This document shows, in pieces, positions 19,605 to 28,702 of a stretch of DNA of 64,000 nucleotides. The stretch is taken from IMG/VR virus record IMGVR_UViG_3300044844_000428; one strand, given 5' to 3'. The notes below the pieces were generated by a model. It saw nothing but the letters and a program-made list of their open reading frames with translations, was not told the DNA's origin and did not search any database. Every line of letters begins with the position of its first letter. Position 1 is the first letter of the stretch. The DNA is from a virus. The position numbers were made by a program, and so were the translations under genes.

Positions 19605-20027
19605 TTAGTTTATAGAACACCAAGATTCTTTTTTCTCTCCAAAATATGCTCTTGCATATCCGTTCTTTATTAATTCCTCTGACAGTGATTTGCCATCAAG
19701 AATAACATCTCCCAATACTCGTCCACCATATTTATCCCATTCTTTAATAGAAATTTGTTGGACTTTAGCTTCTGATACTAAGTGCTTAGTGAATTCCGAC
19801 GCAGATTTACCTTTTGCCGCTTCATCAGCACATTTAGCACGGAATCCTTTTTCTGGTGTATCAACTCCAAACACTCGAATTGATAAGACAGGTTTCAATG
19901 GCTTTGGTAAGAATTCAGCTTTGAATTCGACAGTATCACCATCAATAACCCTAGTAATAGGATAGTTGTAAACCTCGGCCGAAACCGAGGTGCTGATTAA
20001 TGTTAATAGTAATAATAATTTCTTCAT
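19605..20027 (-). CDS. thermonuclease (SNase family) with signal peptide
   Basis: RVIDGDT, IRVFGVDTPE, DKYGGRVLG; hydrophobic N-terminus. Confidence 0.9.
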   Translation of the reverse strand: MKKLLLLLTLISTSVSAEVYNYPITRVIDGDTVEFKAEFLPKPLKPVLSIRVFGVDTPEKGFRAKCADEAAKGKSASEFTKHLVSEAKVQQISIKEWDKYGGRVLGDVILDGKSLSEELIKNGYARAYFGEKKESWCSIN

Positions 20028-20028
20028 A

Positions 20029-22755
20029 TTATCCGTGACAGGCTACACATTCGCCTTTATTAGTTTGAACTCCGCTTTCAGATCTAATATAATAAAGACT
20101 CTTAATATACGGATCCTTGAAAGCCATTTTATGTACTTCACTAATATACTGTTCAGTCTCATCTGAGCTAAAAAATAAATTAATGCTTTGAGCTTGATCT
20201 ATATATCTTTGACGACTTGATGCTAATCTAATAATATGCATTTGGTCAATTTCAAATGCAGTCTTAAATACTAGTTTCTCATGGTCATCTAACCATTCAA
20301 CATGTTGTACCGATCCTTTCTTGTTGATAATATCCTTTACGGTATCATCAGAATAGACACCACGTTCTTTCATTAACTTTAATAGAGTTGGATTAACTCG
20401 GTCAATCTTTCCTGCTGCCGTGTTTTGAACATATGCATTTTTATAAATTGGCTCTATGCCTTGGCTAACAGAACCACAGATTAAAGCGGAACTGAGATTT
20501 GGCGCAACCGCAATTCTATGAGTGTTTCTAACTCCATAACCTTTGCACCATTCAGGTTCGCCAAATTGTGATGCCATCCATTGAGAAGCTTTTAATGATT
20601 CTTCATTGATGTGTTTAAAGATTTCAGTATTCTTTAATTGGGCTTCAAACGATTCAAAAGCAATATTATTATCTTGAAGATACGTATGGAATCCTAATAA
20701 ACCTAATCCAAGTGCTCTGCTTTTCTCTGCAAATCTAACAACCTTTTCCATTCCACGAGTGTTTTTTCCAATCTCTATTAGATCTTGGTTAACACAGTCA
20801 AGGAAAACTGTGGCATCAAATACTGCTGTTGTATTTTTCCATTCATCAAAAAGTGATGCATTCATTGATGATAATACACAACTAAAGGTATGTTCGTCAT
20901 CTGAGAATAATTGTATTTCCGAACAATTGTGAACCAAAATTCCGGAACACTCAAGATAATTTTGATCCTGAGTTGATGTAATAATATTAAAGTTATGATT
21001 ATCTTCTACAGTTAAATCATATACAGATTCAATACCAACATATTCTATTTTTGTTACACATAATGATGTAACAGAAAATTGCAATTTATGGTTTGGTTCT
21101 ACATAATCCTTCTTAATGTATTCTTCCGGTTCAATATTATTTGTTACCATCCATCTTAAGTTTACAATAGAACCACCGAATCTATTTTTGGAAAAACTAC
21201 TAGGCATTCTTGAATCCAATTTCCCAAGATTCCCAAAGGTTATAGCGGCACCGATATCATATAAAGATTTTGCATATTCATATATCTCAATATTGGTTAA
21301 TCCCAAATATCTCGAATTACCAGATAACGTCATTGATATACTTTTATTAGCCAAATATGCTTCTTCATCTCTTATTTTAAATGCTGCATTATTTTTACCT
21401 GAAACTTCAATTGAGGTTTTCAGTCGATGTTCAGATGCTTCTAATAATTGCAAATTCTCAATAGAATCATCCGCATTATTTTCTATATGATCGATATGAA
21501 AGCCATCCGGAACATCACCATAATTATAACGCCATATCAAAGAATGTTGTTTAGCATGTCCATTTGACATACTATTGATATGGCGATACTTTCTAGTATT
21601 ACCCAAAGAAGTATAGAACGGTTGAAGTGGTTTTCCTATTGATAATGATGCTTCAATATAAGTACCGTCTTTAAGAGCAATAGCATGATCTGGTGTACAT
21701 TTGAACGAAGATCCATCTGATAGAGTTACTTTTATAAGTTTTTTCTCGCCAGTCTTGAAAGCAATAGCAGGTTTTATTTCATTTACCCATATTTTCTTAT
21801 TGCTATTCCATCTTGAAGAATATACAGGAAATCTACCAACTCCATTTGATTCTATTGCTAATTGTTCTATAGATACGGCATTTCTGCCATCGGCAACAGC
21901 AACAAGAGTGTCACCGGAAAAACACAAGTTGCTTGCTTTTACTGTAAGACCCAAGTCTTTATACATTGCAGGATTTTGTTCGTTAACTTTATCAATGAAT
22001 TCAAAATAACCTTTTCCTGTAATCATTTTTAATTTCAATGCCTTTTGATATCTTTCAATAGCATCTTTATCTCCATCATCTAGTCTTTTAATAAAATCAT
22101 TACTAATATTCCAACCAATATTTGCATCATCTGGTTGTTTATTAATATAATTGACTAATTCATGGAAATCTGGATGATCAATTTCTATATAACCTGCCCA
22201 AGCTCCGCGTCTTTGACTTCCTTGGCTAATGTCTCTTGACATTTGAACAAAGTCTTTGAATACTGGAAGAACTCCAGACGAACTTCCTTTTATTCCAGAT
22301 ATTTTAGATCCTCTTGGTCTGATGTCACCTAAATAACCAGAAGTTCCAAATCCATTTTTTGATAATACCGCAGCTTCCTTTTGTGATTCATAAAATGAAT
22401 AGACAGAATCACTAATGAATCCGCCTGAGCATGATACAGGACATCCAATACCAGTTCCCATATTAGATAACACAGGCGTTGATGCTGCTAACCAACCATT
22501 CCATAATAAGTCAAAGAACTTTAATTCCCATGTTGCTGGATCATTAGTATATGTTGCCGCGTGTTTTGCTATTCTAGAATATACAGACTTCAAATCAGTA
22601 TATTTGTTTGAAAGATAATTTTCTTTTAGCATTTGCCATGCGGCAGTAGTGCACCAATGGGGAAGAGAACCATTCTCTTGTAGTAGTTTACGTTCTTCAC
22701 CTAATTCTTCATAGATTGATAATTCTCTTACCATTGAAATTTTCCTTCTGACCAA
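20029..22755 (-). CDS. nrdA: class I ribonucleotide reductase alpha subunit, intein-containing, no ATP cone
   Basis: PVSC, RRGAWA, SNL[intein]CSE, LGLGLLG, APNLSS, SLYYIR, ECVACHG; start probably MVRELS. Confidence 0.95.
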   Translation of the reverse strand: MVRRKISMVRELSIYEELGEERKLLQENGSLPHWCTTAAWQMLKENYLSNKYTDLKSVYSRIAKHAATYTNDPATWELKFFDLLWNGWLAASTPVLSNMGTGIGCPVSCSGGFISDSVYSFYESQKEAAVLSKNGFGTSGYLGDIRPRGSKISGIKGSSSGVLPVFKDFVQMSRDISQGSQRRGAWAGYIEIDHPDFHELVNYINKQPDDANIGWNISNDFIKRLDDGDKDAIERYQKALKLKMITGKGYFEFIDKVNEQNPAMYKDLGLTVKASNLCFSGDTLVAVADGRNAVSIEQLAIESNGVGRFPVYSSRWNSNKKIWVNEIKPAIAFKTGEKKLIKVTLSDGSSFKCTPDHAIALKDGTYIEASLSIGKPLQPFYTSLGNTRKYRHINSMSNGHAKQHSLIWRYNYGDVPDGFHIDHIENNADDSIENLQLLEASEHRLKTSIEVSGKNNAAFKIRDEEAYLANKSISMTLSGNSRYLGLTNIEIYEYAKSLYDIGAAITFGNLGKLDSRMPSSFSKNRFGGSIVNLRWMVTNNIEPEEYIKKDYVEPNHKLQFSVTSLCVTKIEYVGIESVYDLTVEDNHNFNIITSTQDQNYLECSGILVHNCSEIQLFSDDEHTFSCVLSSMNASLFDEWKNTTAVFDATVFLDCVNQDLIEIGKNTRGMEKVVRFAEKSRALGLGLLGFHTYLQDNNIAFESFEAQLKNTEIFKHINEESLKASQWMASQFGEPEWCKGYGVRNTHRIAVAPNLSSALICGSVSQGIEPIYKNAYVQNTAAGKIDRVNPTLLKLMKERGVYSDDTVKDIINKKGSVQHVEWLDDHEKLVFKTAFEIDQMHIIRLASSRQRYIDQAQSINLFFSSDETEQYISEVHKMAFKDPYIKSLYYIRSESGVQTNKGECVACHG
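20926..21924 (-). mobile_element. 333-aa intein with HNH endonuclease domain
   Basis: Begins CFSGDTLV, block B CTPDH, HNH-like HIDH..N..NLQLL..H, ends VYDLTVEDNHNF...VHN/C. Confidence 0.92.
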
Positions 22756-23720
22756 TTGCGACTATAATCATTACCTTGACTTGAAAAGAAGTCATGTAAA
22801 GTTGAGCTTTCAATATCTTTATAGAACCAAGTTTTAATTGGGTTATAAGATGGTTTAAATATTCCATTATATGAAAGATTTTCTAGACAAATATCTAATC
22901 TAGATTCAACAAAGTTTTTTAGTTGGGTGTTTGTTATTCCTTTAATATGACCCTTCTCAAAAATTTTATCAATAATAATTGATTCGTGCTCTAGAATAAC
23001 TCTTGCAGTTTCTATCAATTCTTCTTTGAGGCTAACTAATTCGATAGAGGTCAATTGTTCATCGGCGAAAGCTTCTGACTTTAATGTTCTGAATAACCAT
23101 GCGCCTGCTTGTGAATGTAAGGTTTCATCAATTGCTGAAAAATTTATTCCAGCATTTATATTGATGAGTTTATTTTTTCCTGCCGAGTTGAAATGTTTAA
23201 GAAATGCAAATGAACTATAAAGAATAGCTCCTTCAATCATTGAAAACACTCCAACCGATTTTAGGACATTGTACACAGAATCTTTTTTAGTAGTTCTTTT
23301 TGCAATCCAATTCATTCTATTGGCTAGTACTTCATCTTCTTTGTAAGAGTTATAAAAGTCAACATTATCTAATCCAAGAACCTCGTTGATTTTATTATAG
23401 AATGGAGCATGTACTCCTAATTCCATAAACGAGAAGGTAGAGGCCATTCTTTGAATATCTGGTCTAGGAAAGACTTTACTGACATAATTTTGCCAGTAAT
23501 CGTTACCAACATTTAATTCATATAGAGTGAATAATTTTAGTGTTGATATTACGCCATGATACTCTGCTTCTGTGCAATTCGTCTTCAGATCATGAAGATC
23601 CTTTTCTACTTCAATTTCATCTGGAAACCAAATTATTGATGCCTGTTGTTCTGAAAATTCTATAGCAGTTGGATAATCAGTAATATATTCACTCTTTGGG
23701 CTTAAGATTCTAATAGCCAT
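22728..23720 (-). CDS. nrdB: class I ribonucleotide reductase beta subunit
   Basis: WFPDEI, ELGVHAPFY, EGAILYSSF, DETLHS, DFF. Confidence 0.93.
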   Translation of the reverse strand: MAIRILSPKSEYITDYPTAIEFSEQQASIIWFPDEIEVEKDLHDLKTNCTEAEYHGVISTLKLFTLYELNVGNDYWQNYVSKVFPRPDIQRMASTFSFMELGVHAPFYNKINEVLGLDNVDFYNSYKEDEVLANRMNWIAKRTTKKDSVYNVLKSVGVFSMIEGAILYSSFAFLKHFNSAGKNKLININAGINFSAIDETLHSQAGAWLFRTLKSEAFADEQLTSIELVSLKEELIETARVILEHESIIIDKIFEKGHIKGITNTQLKNFVESRLDICLENLSYNGIFKPSYNPIKTWFYKDIESSTLHDFFSSQGNDYSRNWSEGKFQW

Positions 23721-23821
23721 GTATTCCCCTGTGTGTCATGTGATTCCTTACAATATGTAAATTATGTATGTTATTACTATGGAAGCAATTAATGGAATTA
23801 ATAGTTGATGCAACAAAAGTT

Positions 23822-24136
23822 TCATTTTACTCCGAACATTGATAAATCTGGTGAGATTGAGGATCCTTCTTTATAATTTTCCATTTCATATTTTGTATGC
23901 AAATTAGAATCCAAATCTTTAATGAATTCAGAAATAGATTTAGAAATTCCGCAGTTAAAACACTTATAAAGAAATTTGTGGTGTTTCATGTATATATTTC
24001 CGCGAGTCTTCTTTGGATTCTTTACAGAATCACCACAATAATTGCAAGAGAATCTCCAAGCAGAATCATTAACTTGTTTAAAATTTCTAAGTCTCGATGA
24101 CCCCAATAGGATATATTTTTTATCGGTTTTTATCAT
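23822..24136 (-). CDS. stand-alone gp61-type primase zinc-binding domain
   Basis: FSCNYCGDS..KKTRG...YKCFNCG...YEME; ends after 104 aa with no TOPRIM domain. Confidence 0.8.
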   Translation of the reverse strand: MIKTDKKYILLGSSRLRNFKQVNDSAWRFSCNYCGDSVKNPKKTRGNIYMKHHKFLYKCFNCGISKSISEFIKDLDSNLHTKYEMENYKEGSSISPDLSMFGVK

Positions 24137-24885
24137 AATGAATTTTCCAATTTTGTCAATTCTTCAATACTATTAAACGACTTTGTTGGGTACTCAGTAA
24201 TATAACAATTTGCTGGGTAATTAATATTTCTTAAATAATGAAGAATATGTAAGAAATTTAATTCTTTTGATTGAGTAATGTATTGTCCATTTTTCCATAA
24301 CACTTCATGCATTTTTTGAAGACTATCATATATTACAGCGTTATTGATATAGAATATAGACTGATCGTGGAATCCTTCCATATGAGTTTCTCCAAGTTTA
24401 GAGAAGTCTGCTGATAATGCGTTCATATTAGAATCAGTCAATATAGTAACGTAAGGATTCTTTTCAGTGCATACCGGAATTACTGCGCTTGAAAAGTTAT
24501 TACCAGTAGAACTTCCAACATCTTTCAATTCTTTGAATATCATTGGGCTATCAATATAAACATCGCCCCATACCAATATAGAATTGTTATATTGATGGAC
24601 ATTCTTATACATGGAAAGAATTGCATGTCCATCTCCTAGTCCCGAATTTATAGGAATTAGATTTATTTTAATATCAAATTCATTATTATCCAAAAATTCT
24701 TTAAAACTTTTTACTGCAGAATCTTTAATTACTAAATCTATAGAGTCAAATACTTCGGACTCTATAGCATTAGTAATAATTCTTTTTAAATTAGGAACTC
24801 CATTTACTGGATATAATACTTTTGGAACATTAATGTTTCCCATTCTTTTGCCGTTTCCAGCAGCTATAATAATTAAATTAATCAT
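24133..24885 (-). CDS. nucleotidyltransferase (GlmU/NTP_transf-like)
   Basis: IIAAGNGKRMG..PKVLYPV, GLGDGHA, VWGD, SFNS.EEL. Confidence 0.88.
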   Translation of the reverse strand: MINLIIIAAGNGKRMGNINVPKVLYPVNGVPNLKRIITNAIESEVFDSIDLVIKDSAVKSFKEFLDNNEFDIKINLIPINSGLGDGHAILSMYKNVHQYNNSILVWGDVYIDSPMIFKELKDVGSSTGNNFSSAVIPVCTEKNPYVTILTDSNMNALSADFSKLGETHMEGFHDQSIFYINNAVIYDSLQKMHEVLWKNGQYITQSKELNFLHILHYLRNINYPANCYITEYPTKSFNSIEELTKLENSL

Positions 24886-26590
24886 CTTTTCCCAATAGAA
24901 TTGCTAAGTACATGTTAGTATCTTTGACATCTTTAACTGGTATAAAATTGCAATGTCCACATTGTGATATTTGGTGGTCATTGCCAGATTCACCTTCATC
25001 ACCAATATAAGTAAAATCATTAACGAATAGAGTTTCTGTTGCTAAAATTTTATCCAAGTTTGGTTTTGTAATGTCAATCGTTGTTCTTCCAGACATTCTA
25101 ATTAATAGATCGTATTTGCTTAGTTTAGATTCTAATAATAATTTAATGCTATGTCTGTATTCAGGAGATATTGGTTTGATAGAAATCATTACCTTTCCAC
25201 GTATTTGGATTTTAGTAATATCAATTCCACAGTCTACAATATCTGCCGTAATATATTCTATATCATTTTTAGAGAAAAGTAAATCATTATCTAGGCATTT
25301 TTCGAATTGCGGAATTCCTTCTTTATTAAATTTGTATAGATTAACACCACCATCTGCTAATGCTTTAATATTAGAAAAATTTCCATGCAAAGCATTGATA
25401 GTATTTCCAGTAGATATCCAAACATTATTAGTCTTATTATAAAGTTCTTGAACTCTTTTGACATTGGATTTAGATACTTTAGAGTGCTGCGAGCCTCTAG
25501 CAACAATAGTATCATCATAATCGAAAACGTATTGGTCACTAATCTTTGGGTAATTATAATAGTGGTCAAAAATAGTTTTTACCAATGCCTTTCCGTCGTG
25601 TTTACCCTGATTAAGTAAGAAAGCTGAGATTTTTTGATACGAATCCGGGATTAATAAAGGGTCACCATCTAAAGCAGAAATGATAGTAGTATCTTTTGGT
25701 AAATAATCCATAAGAATATTAATCAATTCGTCACCAGATACACCTTTCATATCAGCATCTTGACTAGCATTAAGAATTAAATATTTCTTTGCTTTCGATT
25801 CTGATATAGTTTCAGAGAATCCAATAGATTTATATGTTGGAATAAGAGATGACCACTGCGTCCCAGATGAAAAAATTATAATGTCTGCTGATAATATTAC
25901 AGATTTCGAAAGTTCTGATAATTCTGGAATTACTGGCTTATTATGGTTATCAACAAAGAAACAATCTACGATTTTATCATCGGGATTATTCCATGATACT
26001 ATATCAGCTTCGTCATGTATAATATAACCAGATTGTGTTTTAGCCATAAGATACATCGGAGAATCAGTATTAGAAATTACACTATTCTCTGGAATGTCTA
26101 ATATTCCTTCAAATACTTTTCCTGCAGAATCCAATGAATAGTTATGTTTCTTTGCTATTCCAGAATAAATGATATTAGAAATTGAAAAGTCAATATAATC
26201 TATCTGTGGCGATAACTGGCTATCAAAGAATTGATTCACTCCAGAAGCTAATACACCTCTATAAAACATATCAATGTCTAGTTTATGGATTCTGTCTAAA
26301 AGCACCGATTGGACTTCATCGGCAGAAATAGTTATTCTGTCATTTAGGAATTCATACAATTTTTCTGATATACTATTTTCCAGTTTTGCTCTTAGCATTT
26401 GATTCTTTCTTAAATCGGACGGACCCATAATTTTTCCATCCATAACTTTTCTGCATTCTCCAGTAGAAAGACCGTTATCCGCTAAGTTTGTAATGACTGT
26501 ATAGTCTAATACATCTTTACCAAAAGTTTCATATAGACCTTTCTGCAATTGAACTGAACCAGTTCCACCTGAAAATATTACGATTTTCAT
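24878..26590 (-). CDS. CofD/YvcK-family transferase fused to type IIB HAD (PMM-like) domain
   Basis: N: FSGGTGS, DNGLSTG, GPSDLRK, ADIIIFSSGTQWSSLIP; C: FDYDDT, STGN, GRTTIDIT..DK, IGDEGESGND. Confidence 0.85.
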   Translation of the reverse strand: MKIVIFSGGTGSVQLQKGLYETFGKDVLDYTVITNLADNGLSTGECRKVMDGKIMGPSDLRKNQMLRAKLENSISEKLYEFLNDRITISADEVQSVLLDRIHKLDIDMFYRGVLASGVNQFFDSQLSPQIDYIDFSISNIIYSGIAKKHNYSLDSAGKVFEGILDIPENSVISNTDSPMYLMAKTQSGYIIHDEADIVSWNNPDDKIVDCFFVDNHNKPVIPELSELSKSVILSADIIIFSSGTQWSSLIPTYKSIGFSETISESKAKKYLILNASQDADMKGVSGDELINILMDYLPKDTTIISALDGDPLLIPDSYQKISAFLLNQGKHDGKALVKTIFDHYYNYPKISDQYVFDYDDTIVARGSQHSKVSKSNVKRVQELYNKTNNVWISTGNTINALHGNFSNIKALADGGVNLYKFNKEGIPQFEKCLDNDLLFSKNDIEYITADIVDCGIDITKIQIRGKVMISIKPISPEYRHSIKLLLESKLSKYDLLIRMSGRTTIDITKPNLDKILATETLFVNDFTYIGDEGESGNDHQISQCGHCNFIPVKDVKDTNMYLAILLGKDD

Positions 26591-27399
26591 AATATACCCT
26601 TATTTTTTTCTGCAATAAAAATATAACATTCTGCAATCTTTGGATTTAGAAATGCTATCGTACTTGCCGCGAATCCTTGCGAAATACCTTTTAATTGGTT
26701 ATATAGAGCCATATTGTTAGAACTCAAATGCTTTTTAAAATATCTGGCTTTACCTAACCACCCATTGACTCTTCTGATACTTAATCCATTAGTGGTTATC
26801 ATATCATGCATTTCGTCCAAAGTAAACTCTTGAATGTGATTCTCTGGCCATACAAATTCTTGACCTTCGTCCTTTTTTGGATTAGGAGATGATATGACAA
26901 TAAATCCTCTATCTGATACCAATTCAGATGCTTCTTTTATAAGTTTCAATGCAGTTTCTTTTGGAATATGTTCTAGAATTTCCTGCAACAGAATTACGTC
27001 ATATTTGTCATGATGCTTAATGTCATGAAATGAAGTAGTATTTAGATCACATTGAATGACTTTGTATTTGTTGACAGATTCTCTTCCAGTTGGGGTATTT
27101 GCTTCATCTACAACAGATTGTTCATATTCTAAACCTAAGTAATCCACTCTGGGACGCAATAAACTTTCAAAACTTTTAGACCAAAATTGATAGAATGTTT
27201 TATTGCCACACCCAACATCTAATATAGTAACATAATCTTCAGTATTTTTTCTTTTGATTTTGGTAATTTCTGTGCATGTTGAAGTATATCTGCTAATGAA
27301 TGCAATATGCCATGCACTGGAAAATTTTATTTTACCAAGGAATCCATTTTTAAAAAATACTGCTGAACTGTCATCAAATACGTCTTTTTCTTGTTCCAT
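26587..27399 (-). CDS. class I SAM-dependent methyltransferase
   Basis: ILDVGCG, YLGLE, DVILLQEILEHI, VISSPN, HIQEFT. Confidence 0.9.
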   Translation of the reverse strand: MEQEKDVFDDSSAVFFKNGFLGKIKFSSAWHIAFISRYTSTCTEITKIKRKNTEDYVTILDVGCGNKTFYQFWSKSFESLLRPRVDYLGLEYEQSVVDEANTPTGRESVNKYKVIQCDLNTTSFHDIKHHDKYDVILLQEILEHIPKETALKLIKEASELVSDRGFIVISSPNPKKDEGQEFVWPENHIQEFTLDEMHDMITTNGLSIRRVNGWLGKARYFKKHLSSNNMALYNQLKGISQGFAASTIAFLNPKIAECYIFIAEKNKGIL

Positions 27400-27400
27400 A

Positions 27401-28507
27401 TTATACCTCCAAAAGTTTTACAAAGTTTAAACAATATTCTGATTTATTAAAATCTACACATGAATGTTGAAGTTCTATTAGTGATTCGTAATCAGAATCT
27501 GACAATGATTTGAATCTATCTGTGAATTGATTTCTGTCATTGATATATAGCAAATTGGAAAGTTCAGTATTGTTTCCAAAAATTCTTTTATTCTTATCAA
27601 ATTCGTTATCAATGAATAACAAAGTTCCCGCCATAATAGATTCATATACTCTTTGAGAGATCATTTCAAAATCTGGGTATTGATTATCACCAATAGCAAT
27701 ATGCGTTTTAGAAGAAGACATTTTCTGAATCATATTATTATAATCAACTGGAGGAAGAAACTTTGGCGGACGTAATCCAGTTACTCTTTTCTCATTAAAG
27801 TCCGTAATTTTAATTTTACCGAATACTTCTACCGAAATATCTTCTGGGAGTCCAAAATAGAATTCTATTAATTTCTTTTCTCTTCTACCAGATCTAAAGG
27901 TTCCTCCATAAGACAAATCAACAGTCTTTCCTAGAATAGAAGTTTCTCTTGGTTTCATCATTGGGAATTTTTGGAAATCATATTGCACAATAGATTCTAC
28001 AGGATATCCATTTTTCTCAAATAGTGCTTTATTTTTTTCTAAATTGTATGATTGCGAAATCACATTAATAGGCTTTGTAATATTAATATCTTCCTTATTC
28101 CAATTTGAAGCCCAGAGTTTCTTCTCAATAGAAGGCCAGATTTGTTTTAGAGATAAATTCGGGTCACAGTACAAGTAAATGATTTTTCCATTAAAGTTGT
28201 TTATTGCTTTATAATTAAGAATCTGTGGTCTGTCTTCTTGGCCACCAAAGAAATTAACAGCACCATTAATGACTACTAATGCATCGTATACATTACTGGT
28301 AATATTCTCATAATGGTCTTCAATATTAAACACGTTGACTGATCTGTTTTGTTGATCTGAAGACAATACCTTAGTATAACAGTCAACTTCACATCCACCT
28401 TCAACCATCATTTCTATTAAAGAAGCAGCTTCACCTGATCCTCCGCTTGATCCGACCTTTTGGCCAAAAACAATTCTTGCACCTAATTTCAATACTGCTA
28501 ATTTCAT
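27401..28507 (-). CDS. bgt: DNA beta-glucosyltransferase-like (T4 Bgt, GT-B)
   Basis: YDALVVINGAVNFFGG, YLYCDP (catalytic Asp equivalent), YGGTFRSGRREKKLIEF, IGD..Y, RVYE, IDNEFD all match T4 Bgt. Confidence 0.92.
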   Translation of the reverse strand: MKLAVLKLGARIVFGQKVGSSGGSGEAASLIEMMVEGGCEVDCYTKVLSSDQQNRSVNVFNIEDHYENITSNVYDALVVINGAVNFFGGQEDRPQILNYKAINNFNGKIIYLYCDPNLSLKQIWPSIEKKLWASNWNKEDINITKPINVISQSYNLEKNKALFEKNGYPVESIVQYDFQKFPMMKPRETSILGKTVDLSYGGTFRSGRREKKLIEFYFGLPEDISVEVFGKIKITDFNEKRVTGLRPPKFLPPVDYNNMIQKMSSSKTHIAIGDNQYPDFEMISQRVYESIMAGTLLFIDNEFDKNKRIFGNNTELSNLLYINDRNQFTDRFKSLSDSDYESLIELQHSCVDFNKSEYCLNFVKLLEV

Positions 28508-28538
28508 AGATCACCCTTTGTAGTAGAATAAAGATTAT

Positions 28539-28567
28539 ATTATATCATATTTTTGATATTTGTACAC
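28539..28567 (-). promoter_or_regulatory. promoter of the bgt operon
   Basis: GTGTAC-N17-TATAAT. Confidence 0.7.
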
Positions 28568-28637
28568 ACTATTTAGCAAATTTTACTCGTGACACAGCAT
28601 CACCTATAAAGTGATAACTGTTGAATTATTTTAGGGA

Positions 28638-28700
28638 ATAATGTTTACTTTTGACTGGGTTTGATGTATAATAAATTAACTGGTCTTATCAATACTAATT
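28638..28700 (+). repeat. antisense promoter-like element, copy 1 (copy 2 at 55597-55660)
   Basis: ATAATGTTTACTTTTGAC...TGATGTATAAT...TTAACTGGT.TTATCAATACTAATT shared. Confidence 0.85.
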
Positions 28701-28702
28701 TA

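Noticed and set aside
23745-23765. Possible NrdR box upstream of nrdB (TTACAATATGTAA palindrome)
   Set aside because: Weak match, single copy, AT-rich background.
24878-26590. F420 biosynthesis auxiliary gene
   Set aside because: No cofG/cofH/cofE in the window; HAD fusion and bgt context favour glyco-modification.
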